A program made the translations under genes and the position numbers. A stretch of DNA of 64,000 nucleotides from Myxococcota bacterium (GTDB taxonomy: Bacteria > Myxococcota_A > UBA796 > UBA2385): assembly GCA_044344255.1 (NCBI GenBank), contig JBIJDH010000014.1, positions 32,001 through 96,000 on the forward strand. Reading direction: 5' to 3'. The first letter of the stretch is position 1; the number at the start of each line of letters is the position of its first letter. Below are positions 18,902-27,240 of this stretch, one piece after another. Below the pieces are notes generated by a model. The model had not been told where the DNA came from, did no database searches, and was given only the letters and a program-made list of their open reading frames with translations.

Positions 18902-21642
18902 AGCCTGTACTCCAGACCGACCTGCAGGGTGATGGGCGACTGACGGGCGTAGGCCCACCGGTTCCGTCCGAAGACCCCCGCAGCTTCGTAGCGCTGGTTG
19001 TTGGTGACGTTGAAGAGGTTGACCACCCCCGACATCTTGCCCTTCTTCACCGGGATCTCCTGAGCCACTCGGATGTCGAGCTTCCAGGCACCTTCGGTGC
19101 GGGCGTAGGAGCCGCGGGTCCACTTGGCGTACCCGAGGGAGGTGAGGCCCTCCTGGTTCGCGTTCTCGTAGAAGCGGCTCACCGGGTAGCCGCTCTCGTA
19201 GCTGATCACACTGCCGACCTGGGTGGTCCAGGGGTCGGTGGGGAGGTCGTAGGTGATGCCGCCCGTCACGTCGTGTCGGATGTCCGTCGTGAGGTAGCCG
19301 TTCTCCCAGTACTCCACCTGCGGGGCGACGCTGAGGAAGTAGCTCGGGCCTTCCTGCACCGAGCCCCGGCTCACCGTGTAGGAGTAGGTGATGTCCATCT
19401 CCCAGTTGTCGGAGCGGACCTTCTGCAGCTCGAGATCGGTGCGGAAGTAGTCGCGGCGGGCGATGCTCGGCGAGCGGAGCCGGGAGTAGCTGAGGGCGTC
19501 CCCGTTGGCGTAGCCGAGGGTGTTGTAGCCGTCCTCGTCCCAGAGCACGTTCGTCTCATCGAAGACGTAGATGTTCCGGGTGAACTTCCCGTTGAAGTAA
19601 GCCTTGATCGCGAGGTCCTTGATGATCTGGCGCTCGGCGCCGAGCAGGAAGGCATCTACATGAGGCGCGGTCAGGTTGTCGAGCACCGTCGTCCGGTTGA
19701 TCGCGGAGTCGTAGCCCGCCGAGCCGTCGAAGCCGTTCAGCGACGGGTAGGCGATGCCCTGGCTACCGAAGTACTGCCCATAGTAGACCTTGGAGCCGAA
19801 GGAGGAGCCGGCCTGCGAGAGGTCGTCGGCGACGGCGAGGTTGCTCGTGTCGTTGAACCGGCCCACCGAGCCCGTCAACTTGGACTTGCCGTCGCTCCAG
19901 GGGTCCCACGAGGTCGTGAAGCGGGGGCCGAGGAGCCCGGCGGAGAGGACCTCTTCCCCGACGTCGTTGGTGAGGGACTGCTGGTCGTAGCGGAGACCGT
20001 AGCGGAAGGTCAGGTTGCTGATCGGCTTGTAGACATCCTGGATGAACAGGCCGAGGGTGTCGCCGGTCAGCTCGTGGAAGTGCGCGCCCGAGACCTCGAA
20101 CCAGTAGTAGGCCTGGGTCGAGTTGGGGTCAAAGTAGGTGCGGTTGACGTCCACGAACTGGAGGTTCCCGGAGAAGCCCACCGCGCGGTTCGTCGAGGTG
20201 CGGTAGAGGTCGGCGCCGATCTTGAGGTCGTGTGTGCCCCAGCCGGGGACCTGGAGGAGGCTGAAGCGGGTCTGCACGCCCATGCGCCAACGATCGTCGA
20301 TCGAGAAGGCGGTCGAGTTACCGTTCGAGTACGCGCCGTTGGCGCCCACGCGGGCGGGGGTGAGGAAGTCCACCGTGTTCTCGAGCTCGTCGGGATCACA
20401 GGGGTTGTAGCCGACCTCCTGATCGTGGGTGCAACCGACCTGGTGGTTCTCGAGGAAGCTCTTCTGGAGGATGGTCTTCGTCTCGAGGAAGGCGCGATCG
20501 GAGATGAACCAGTCCCACTGGAAGGAGCCGAGCCATCCGCCCTGAGCCTGCCGGGACTGCGCCTCGGGCTTGTAGAAGCGGGAGTCCTGGTTCAGGTTGT
20601 CGATCGTCGTGGGGTCGGTCTGGGTGAGCACCGTGAAGCGGTGGGCGGCGACCGGCTGGACCGTCAGCTTACCGAGGAGGTAATGCGCGTCGTAGTCCTG
20701 GGGGAGCGGGTTCCCGCCCACCCGGTACAGCTGGTGCGTGTACTGGTAGGAGGTGAGCAGCCAGGCCTTGTCACGGATCACCGGACCCGACACCGAGAGG
20801 CCAGCCTCGTAAGTCTCGTACTGGCTGTCGAAGTCCGTGGCGACGAGCTGGCTGCCATCCTTCGTGAAGATGGCGTCCTTCTTGGGAGACCAGTTGCCGT
20901 TGGTGACGTAGACGCCGGTGATGATCTTGAGGGTGTTGGTGCCGGAGCTGGTGACGATGTTGATGCCACCGCCGACGTCCGTGCCGTACTCAGGGTCAAA
21001 CTGGCTGATCAGCACCTCGATCTGCTCGATGGCGTCGAAGTTGAAGTTCAGCGAGAAGGTGCCGGTGACGGGGTCGGTGATGTTCACCCCGTCGAGCATG
21101 TAGGTGTTCTCGTTCGAGGCCGAGCCGCCCATGTTGGGGTTCGAGCCGCCGGTGACGCCGGCCGAGAGCTGCACGGCCGCCTGGTAGGAGCGGCCGGTGG
21201 GGATGCGCTCCAGGAACTCCTTCGTCAACACGGTGGTCTGGCCGCCGGACTCGGTGTCAATCACCTTCCGCTCGGCCTCGATGACCATCTCCTCCTGCGC
21301 CACCGAGGCGACCATGTTCACGGTCACCGCGGAGGTACGGCCGATGTTCACGAGGACATCGGTGAGGTTGATCGTCTTGTAGCCCTTGAACTCGGCCTTG
21401 ACGGTGTAGCGGCCAGGCGGCAGCTCGGCGAAGAGGAAGCGACCTTCCCCGTCGGAGTCCTGCTGCTTGACGCCCATCAAGTTGGCGGAGCTGATGGAGA
21501 CGAGCACGCCGGGCATGCCGATCCCCTGCTCATCCACCACATCGCCTTTGATGGAGCCGGTGGTGACGGAGGCGACTGCGATGCCCGGCACGGCAAGCAG
21601 GAGCAGGAGCAGACGCAGCAGGAAGAGGGGGATGCGGGGCAT
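18898..21642 (-). CDS. Oar-like TonB-dependent receptor with N-terminal carboxypeptidase-regulatory-like domain
   Basis: Signal peptide; GSIKG.V.D..G..MPGV, LPPG.Y; plug ENTYMLDGVNITDP, FDAIEQIEV, EYG..GG.IN; barrel LTFRYGLRYD; C-terminal VGLEYRL. Confidence 0.93.
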   Translation of the reverse strand: MPRIPLFLLRLLLLLLAVPGIAVASVTTGSIKGDVVDEQGIGMPGVLVSISSANLMGVKQQDSDGEGRFLFAELPPGRYTVKAEFKGYKTINLTDVLVNIGRTSAVTVNMVASVAQEEMVIEAERKVIDTESGGQTTVLTKEFLERIPTGRSYQAAVQLSAGVTGGSNPNMGGSASNENTYMLDGVNITDPVTGTFSLNFNFDAIEQIEVLISQFDPEYGTDVGGGINIVTSSGTNTLKIITGVYVTNGNWSPKKDAIFTKDGSQLVATDFDSQYETYEAGLSVSGPVIRDKAWLLTSYQYTHQLYRVGGNPLPQDYDAHYLLGKLTVQPVAAHRFTVLTQTDPTTIDNLNQDSRFYKPEAQSRQAQGGWLGSFQWDWFISDRAFLETKTILQKSFLENHQVGCTHDQEVGYNPCDPDELENTVDFLTPARVGANGAYSNGNSTAFSIDDRWRMGVQTRFSLLQVPGWGTHDLKIGADLYRTSTNRAVGFSGNLQFVDVNRTYFDPNSTQAYYWFEVSGAHFHELTGDTLGLFIQDVYKPISNLTFRYGLRYDQQSLTNDVGEEVLSAGLLGPRFTTSWDPWSDGKSKLTGSVGRFNDTSNLAVADDLSQAGSSFGSKVYYGQYFGSQGIAYPSLNGFDGSAGYDSAINRTTVLDNLTAPHVDAFLLGAERQIIKDLAIKAYFNGKFTRNIYVFDETNVLWDEDGYNTLGYANGDALSYSRLRSPSIARRDYFRTDLELQKVRSDNWEMDITYSYTVSRGSVQEGPSYFLSVAPQVEYWENGYLTTDIRHDVTGGITYDLPTDPWTTQVGSVISYESGYPVSRFYENANQEGLTSLGYAKWTRGSYARTEGAWKLDIRVAQEIPVKKGKMSGVVNLFNVTNNQRYEAAGVFGRNRWAYARQSPITLQVGLEYRL

Positions 21643-21910
21643 CAGGCTGTTCCTTGGATGCGGAGCCTGTGGGGCACTGACCGCGGGATGGGCCAGAAAT
21701 ATGCCGGGCTCGGTACGGTTTTGGGGGCCTGGAAGACGACGGTCAACCAGCTCCCGGACTCCGCGCCTGCACCGGCCCAGGCACAAGAGTGCCCGCGGCG
21801 GCAGAACATGGCATGGTTAGGCGGGCAGCGTCCGAAAGTCAAGGCACCGGGACAAAGTTGGCAGAGGAGGTCGGCGGAGACGTCATTCTTGCGCAGCGAG
21901 GCGGCCGGGC

Positions 21911-21940
21911 TTGACGGGATCACCGCCGGCCCGCTAAGAT
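21911..21940 (+). promoter_or_regulatory. Putative sigma70 promoter
   Basis: TTGACG-N18-TAAGAT about 210 nt upstream of ATG 22152. Confidence 0.55.
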
Positions 21941-22151
21941 GGTCCGTCGTGTGAGGGCTGGTGACCTCGGTCAGGGCCTTCTGCGGTCTGACAGTGTCTG
22001 ACTCCAGGCTCTGATCCGGCACTTTTCGATAGACGCCATTTTTTAGTCTCACCGGCGGGAGCTCGTCTCCCCCGATCCCTGATGCTTCCCGCACCCTTCG
22101 CCATCGGTGGGCTTGACCCATCGGACCACGGGCGCCTTCGGAGGACGAGCG

Positions 22152-22718
22152 ATGTTCAACAGGACGCTCTTCACGGTGTTGCTCGGGCTCGCCTTCACAG
22201 GCAGCTTCGAGACCGCCGAGGCCACCAGCTTCCGCAAGATGTCCCACGAGGAGGTCGTCGAGGCCTCTGATCTCATCCTGCGCGGCACGGTGATGGAGAT
22301 CTGGACCGAGACCAGCCCCTCCGGTGTCACCTGGACCCGCGTGCAGGTCGAGGTGGAGCACCTCTACAAGGGCGAGCTCAGCTCAGACGTGGTGATCATC
22401 GATCAGATGGGCGGCACGATGGGCGGCTTGACCACCCGGGTCGAGGGCGCGGCGCGCTTCAGCCCCGACGAAGAGGTCCTGCTCTTCCTCGACGTCAACA
22501 AGGCCGGCTACATCCAGCCGATCGGCATGATGAACGGCAAGTACACCATCATGCTGGATCCCCACACGCGGACCGAGGTGCTTCAGCGCTTCGCCCCGTC
22601 CCTCAGCCAGCCCTACGATCACCGCTTCATCCCTCTCCCCAATGAAGCCCACCGGAACACGCTGTCCGAGATGGAGGCCATCATCGCTGGCCCCCGCCCG
22701 ACCGCGGGAGGCAAGTAG
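22152..22718 (+). CDS. Secreted protein with TIMP/NTR-like OB-fold pattern, partner of the matrixin protease
   Basis: GGAGG RBS; signal peptide; ASDLILRGTV...VEVEHLYKG...MGG...GAARF...EEVLLFL. Confidence 0.8.
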   Translation: MFNRTLFTVLLGLAFTGSFETAEATSFRKMSHEEVVEASDLILRGTVMEIWTETSPSGVTWTRVQVEVEHLYKGELSSDVVIIDQMGGTMGGLTTRVEGAARFSPDEEVLLFLDVNKAGYIQPIGMMNGKYTIMLDPHTRTEVLQRFAPSLSQPYDHRFIPLPNEAHRNTLSEMEAIIAGPRPTAGGK

Positions 22719-22721
22719 TCC

Positions 22722-24125
22722 ATGACTGGGATGATCCTCCTCCTCTCTCTCGGCATCCAGGACGCCTCGGCCTGGGCCCACACCACTCGGGTGTGGAACC
22801 GCGAGGACATCGGGCCTCTCACCTGGTTCCTCAGCACGCGCGAAGACGAGACCATCGAGTACTCGGCCGTCGGCGGGGAGCTTGACCGCTCCTTCCAGAA
22901 CTGGGTGGAGGCCGCGCCCTGCGCCGCCCTCTCCACCGAGTACAAGGGCGAGAAGCCCATGGAAGAGAACTGGAAGCTCGACGGCCGCGTCTTCATGGTG
23001 TTGGACGACCCCAACGAAGAAGACTGGGTCGACCGGGGCAGCCCCGGCTTCAACCCGGGTATGGACACGGGCGTGCTCGCGGCCACCGTGTGCTTCCCCA
23101 CCACCTACGCCCGCACCTTCCAGGGCGAGAACTACTACTACACCGAAGACTGCGACATCGCCTTCAACTCCGAGATCGACTGGACGACGCGCCAGGAGTT
23201 TGACGACGGCCTGTGCAACGGCGGCACGGTGATGGAGTCGGTGGCCACGCACGAGATCGGGCACCTCTGGGGCCTCGGGCACTCCTGCAATGATCCGCAG
23301 GACAACGACCCCCGCAAGGGCCCCGACGCCTGTGACGATGAGCTCAAGGCCGCGACGATGTTTTGGCAAGGTGGGCCCTGTTCCCTCGAGCAGGCCACCA
23401 TCGAAGCCGACGACATCGAGGGGCTCTATGCCCTCTACGGCCCTTATTGCGAGTTCACCACCACCGAGGCCGAGGGCCGGGTGGCCGGCGGCGCGCCCTT
23501 CGAGGTCTGCTTCGACTACGAGTGCAGCGAGGACCCTTCGGGCTTCGTCTGGGAGTTCGGCGACGGCGAGACCTCCTCCGAAGGCAGCCCCTGCCACACC
23601 TACACGGAGAAGGGGCAGTACTCGGTCGTCTTCACCGCCAGCGGCGGCGGCGACGCAGACTCCGCTTGCCCCACCTGGAGCGCCCCTCACCGCGAGGCCT
23701 CTTACGTGCTCGTGTGCGGGCAGCCCGAGCCCGCCGAGGGCTTCACCGGGCTCTTCACCTACGAGAACGACGTCGGCAACACCCTGCAGTTCGTGAACCA
23801 GACCGACACCACGGTCTACGGCTGCGTGGACTCCGTAGAGTGGGACGTCTACGAGGGCGGCGGCAAGATCCAGGAGGGCGACGAGCCCGTCCAGCGCATC
23901 GACGCCTGGTCCCCGAAGATTGACTTCGGCAAGGCCGGCACCTACCGCGTCGTCCTCAACGTCGGCGGCCCCGGCGGTGAGAGCGCGGGTGAGCTGGTGG
24001 TGAACGTCGGCGACTACCAGGGCGGCTCCTGCAGCACCACCCCGAACGGCGCCAGCCGCACCGGCCTCTACGGGATGCTGGTCGGCCTCGCGGCGATGGC
24101 CTGGCGGCGTCGCAGCCGGGCTTGA
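22722..24125 (+). CDS. Matrixin (M10-like) metalloprotease with PKD domains and MYXO-CTERM-like tail
   Basis: HEIGHLWGLGH zinc motif, ATM Met-turn, WEFGDG..HTY..G.Y.V (PKD), tail GGSCST...LVGLAAMAWRRR. Confidence 0.92.
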   Translation: MTGMILLLSLGIQDASAWAHTTRVWNREDIGPLTWFLSTREDETIEYSAVGGELDRSFQNWVEAAPCAALSTEYKGEKPMEENWKLDGRVFMVLDDPNEEDWVDRGSPGFNPGMDTGVLAATVCFPTTYARTFQGENYYYTEDCDIAFNSEIDWTTRQEFDDGLCNGGTVMESVATHEIGHLWGLGHSCNDPQDNDPRKGPDACDDELKAATMFWQGGPCSLEQATIEADDIEGLYALYGPYCEFTTTEAEGRVAGGAPFEVCFDYECSEDPSGFVWEFGDGETSSEGSPCHTYTEKGQYSVVFTASGGGDADSACPTWSAPHREASYVLVCGQPEPAEGFTGLFTYENDVGNTLQFVNQTDTTVYGCVDSVEWDVYEGGGKIQEGDEPVQRIDAWSPKIDFGKAGTYRVVLNVGGPGGESAGELVVNVGDYQGGSCSTTPNGASRTGLYGMLVGLAAMAWRRRSRA

Positions 24126-26710
24126 ACACCCGGGAGCTCCAGCGAACGACCGCGACCCTCCTGGGGGTCGCGGTTGTTTTTTGGGCGGTCTGGGGGGAGG
24201 CGGCGCGCGCGCTGTCCTTGCCGCTCGACCGCCTCTCCGCGATCACGGAGGTGGAGCTCCAGGCGGCCGCCGCGCTGGAGAGCGGTCCCATCCCGATCTC
24301 GGCGCTCTGGCGCCTCTACAGCACCGTGCTCGGCGTGCGGACCTGGCAGGTGCCCCTCCCGGTGCGGCCGCGGGCCCTCTTCTACTACAAGCCCCCGGAG
24401 GACATGGCGCTGCTCTACCGGAGCGCGGAGGGGAAGCCCTGGACCGCGGCGACCAGCCTCAAGCACTCGCCGGAGCTCCCGGGCTGGTCGGTGAACAAGT
24501 CCTGGACCTTCACGAGCCGGTCTCTTCAGGTGCGTCGCCGGGCCGAGCAGGGGCCCCCCGCCGCCTGGGAGTACGCCGTGCGCTACGGTCGCGCGACCGA
24601 TCGGGAGGGCGCTCTCCGACCGACCGAGGCCGATGTTCGCGATCCGGACTTTGTCCTGCGCTCGGCCCAGGTGGATGACACGACCCGGCACGGGCTCTAC
24701 CTCCCCGCCCCCGGCCTCGCCCGCTTCGACCTCCAGGTGCCCGAGGGGGCCGTGCTCGAGCTCGACAGCACGCTGCTGCCCCCCGAGGCCGCCGACCCGG
24801 CCACCGCCTCGGACGGGGCCACGCTCGTCGTCGAGCTCCGAAAGGGGGACACCACCGTGGAGCTCGCCCGGCGCGCCCCGCAGGTCCGCCGCACGGATCG
24901 CCTGCGCCTCGACCTCGCCGCCTGGGGTGGGCAGGACGTGTCGATCACGCTCCGCAGTGAGGGCGGCGAGGACACCGACTACGACTACCTCTTCGTCGCC
25001 GACCCGATCATCCGCCAGCCCGAGGCCGACCCCCAGCGGGTGGTGATCCTCTTCATTGACACGCTGCGCGCCGACCACCTCTCCCTCTACGGCTACGATC
25101 GGCCCACGTCGCCCAACATCGACGCCTGGGCGGCCGGGGGTACCGCCTTTACGAACGCCCGCTCCGTCGCGCCCTGGACGCTCCCCAGCAGCCGGACCAT
25201 GCTCACGGGCGTTCAGCCGGAGTCTTGGGGGCTGCTCCCGACCTTACAGGAGCGCTTCCGAGAGGCGGGATGGGCCACCGGCTTCTTCGCCGGAAATGTC
25301 TACCTCTCGAGCAACTTCGAGATGGCAGACGGCTGGGGCACGCAGCGCTGCGTGAACTGGCCGGGCGCGGAGGTCGAGGTCAGCCGAGCCCGACGCTTCC
25401 TCCGCGACTACCCCGATCGCTCGGCCTTTGTCGTCGTCCACTTCATGGACATGCACCTCCCCTACCGGGAGCCCCTGTCCTACCGGCGGCGCTTCGCCGG
25501 GGAGCGACCGCCGGCCCTCGCCGCCGACAACTTCCAGCGCACCGACGTCGTCCGCGCCGAGAAGAAGATGGGGCCCGCCGGGAAGGAGTACGTCATGGGC
25601 CGCTACGACAACAGCCTGGCCTACCTCGACGACAGCCTCAGCGGCTTCCTCCGCGAGCTCGGTGAGGACACCACCGTCGTGCTGCTCTCCGATCACGGCG
25701 AGGAGTTCTGGGACCACGGCGGCTTCGAGCACGGCCACACCCTCTACGACGAGCTGCTGCGCATCCCCCTCGTGTTGCGCGGCCCCGGCATCCCGACCGG
25801 CACCTCCGACACGCCCGTGAGCCTGCTCGACGTCGCCCCGACGCTCGCCAAGGCCGCCGGGCTCAGCACCGAGGGGATGACCGGGATCCCCCTCCAAGAC
25901 CTGCTCAACATCAAGGGTTCCGCAGAGATATCCAATAGGCCCCTGTCTTTTGGTAGACCGTTGTACGGGGAACGTCGCTGGGGCGTGATCGACGACGGCA
26001 AGAAGTACACGACCACCGAGGGGGAGCAGGCGCTCTTCGACCTCCGCGCCGATCCCCAGGAGCAGAAGGACATCGCCGCCGACCTCGAAGACCCCACCCC
26101 CTGGGCCCGCCGGATGAGCCAGGGCCTCGGGCGACCGGTCGGGCTCGGCCTCCGCCTCGTCGCAGGCGACGGACGGTTGAAGGGGGATGTGGTCGCCGAG
26201 CTCGACACGCCCGGCGGCTGGGCCGCAGCGGTGGTCGGTGACGATCCGCTGAACGCCAGCGCAGGCGCCGCGGTCATCGAGGGCACCATCGCCCGGCTCA
26301 CCTGGAAGGGTGGCCACAACGACGTCCGCGAGCTCTACGCCGTGCCTGCGCGCCCGATGGCAGAGGCCCTGCCCGAGCTCGTCATCCGGATGATCGGCGG
26401 GGAGACACCGATGGAGCTCAGCCGCGCCTGGTCGGGAGACACCCTCCCGACGATGGACAAGTTCGGCAGCCCCCTCTTCGAGGGTCGGTTCAAGAACCGC
26501 TCCATGAAGGTGACCTGGGCGCTCGTCCCCATCCCGCCCGAGCGGGGCCGGGCCCTCTCCGGGATGGACGGGGAGATGGAGGACGCGCTCAAGGCCCTCG
26601 GGTACATGGACGATCATCCGTCGGACCACGTGGATAAGACCGACAAGTCCGACAAGTCCGTGCCGGCGCCGCGGGGGCCGGCAGGCGTGGCCCCGCCTCC
26701 GGTGCGTTGA
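24122..26710 (+). CDS. Sulfatase-like hydrolase/transferase
   Basis: IDTLRADHL, APWTLPS, HFMDMHLPY, SDHGEEF, EHGHTLYDELLRIPL and LKALGY motifs. Confidence 0.9.
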   Translation: MNTRELQRTTATLLGVAVVFWAVWGEAARALSLPLDRLSAITEVELQAAAALESGPIPISALWRLYSTVLGVRTWQVPLPVRPRALFYYKPPEDMALLYRSAEGKPWTAATSLKHSPELPGWSVNKSWTFTSRSLQVRRRAEQGPPAAWEYAVRYGRATDREGALRPTEADVRDPDFVLRSAQVDDTTRHGLYLPAPGLARFDLQVPEGAVLELDSTLLPPEAADPATASDGATLVVELRKGDTTVELARRAPQVRRTDRLRLDLAAWGGQDVSITLRSEGGEDTDYDYLFVADPIIRQPEADPQRVVILFIDTLRADHLSLYGYDRPTSPNIDAWAAGGTAFTNARSVAPWTLPSSRTMLTGVQPESWGLLPTLQERFREAGWATGFFAGNVYLSSNFEMADGWGTQRCVNWPGAEVEVSRARRFLRDYPDRSAFVVVHFMDMHLPYREPLSYRRRFAGERPPALAADNFQRTDVVRAEKKMGPAGKEYVMGRYDNSLAYLDDSLSGFLRELGEDTTVVLLSDHGEEFWDHGGFEHGHTLYDELLRIPLVLRGPGIPTGTSDTPVSLLDVAPTLAKAAGLSTEGMTGIPLQDLLNIKGSAEISNRPLSFGRPLYGERRWGVIDDGKKYTTTEGEQALFDLRADPQEQKDIAADLEDPTPWARRMSQGLGRPVGLGLRLVAGDGRLKGDVVAELDTPGGWAAAVVGDDPLNASAGAAVIEGTIARLTWKGGHNDVRELYAVPARPMAEALPELVIRMIGGETPMELSRAWSGDTLPTMDKFGSPLFEGRFKNRSMKVTWALVPIPPERGRALSGMDGEMEDALKALGYMDDHPSDHVDKTDKSDKSVPAPRGPAGVAPPPVR

Positions 26711-26736
26711 CAGGCCCCACACCGGGGCGGTACACT
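26707..26736 (+). promoter_or_regulatory. sigma70 promoter of the metal-uptake operon
   Basis: TTGACA-N18-TACACT overlapping the sulfatase stop codon. Confidence 0.75.
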
Positions 26737-26742
26737 GCGACC

Positions 26743-27171
26743 GTGCGATCGGCCTGCCCCCTCCCCCGCCTCCTCCGCCTGAGCCGGCTGCGGCATCGGC
26801 GAGCGCCGCTGGTGACGCTGGTCGTGACGGCCTGCTTGTGGCTCATCGGCCTCAGCGCCCAGGTGTGGCATCAGGCCGCCGTCGAGCACGTCATCTGCCC
26901 GGCACACGGTGAGGTCGTCGAGATCGGCGAGTACACCGAGCACGACCACGCAGACGAGGCCGGCTGGCGCGCCGCGGCGCTCGACGCCGGAGATCATGCC
27001 GACGACTGCACCCTCTCTGGTGCCTCACCGCTGCTCGGCGGCCTGAGGGGGCCGACGCTGGTCCTGTGCCCGTCGTTCGAGGCCCCCCTGCCGGCCGTCT
27101 CTGCGCTCGCCCCTCCCCGCGCGCCGCCGATCGGGTACGCGCCCAAGACCTCGCCGCCCCGCTCGAGCTGA
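26743..27171 (+). CDS. His/Cys-rich membrane-targeted leader protein with C-terminal RAPP / APKTSPP (DUF2946-like organisation)
   Basis: In-frame GTG 6 nt after the -10 box; basic N-region and TM helix; H.....HVICPAHGE, EHDH, DHADDC; ends PPRAPPIGYAPKTSPPRSS. Confidence 0.75.
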   Translation: MRSACPLPRLLRLSRLRHRRAPLVTLVVTACLWLIGLSAQVWHQAAVEHVICPAHGEVVEIGEYTEHDHADEAGWRAAALDAGDHADDCTLSGASPLLGGLRGPTLVLCPSFEAPLPAVSALAPPRAPPIGYAPKTSPPRSS

Positions 27172-27183
27172 AGCCCAGTCCCG

Positions 27184-27208
27184 CCGCGCCCCCCACCGGG
27201 GGGCACGG
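27184..27208 (+). terminator. GC-rich hairpin between leader ORF and porin gene (possible attenuator)
   Basis: CCG-c-GCCCCCC-acc-GGGGGGC-a-CGG followed by pyrimidine-rich TCTATCCTT. Confidence 0.45.
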
Positions 27209-27240
27209 TCTATCCTTGGTCTCTGTCTCGAGGTTTCCCC

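Noticed and set aside
19273..21954. 893-aa plus-strand ORF and similar long antisense ORFs (e.g. 4678-7542, 35082-37472, 27025-29313)
   Set aside because: Shadow frames of real genes, caused by GC-rich codon bias; no motifs.
26629..26637. Near DnaA box CGTGGATAA
   Set aside because: Single, mismatched, inside a CDS and far from dnaA.
26707..26742. TTG start at 26707 for the leader ORF
   Set aside because: The TTG is part of the -35 box; GTG 26743 fits the predicted TSS.
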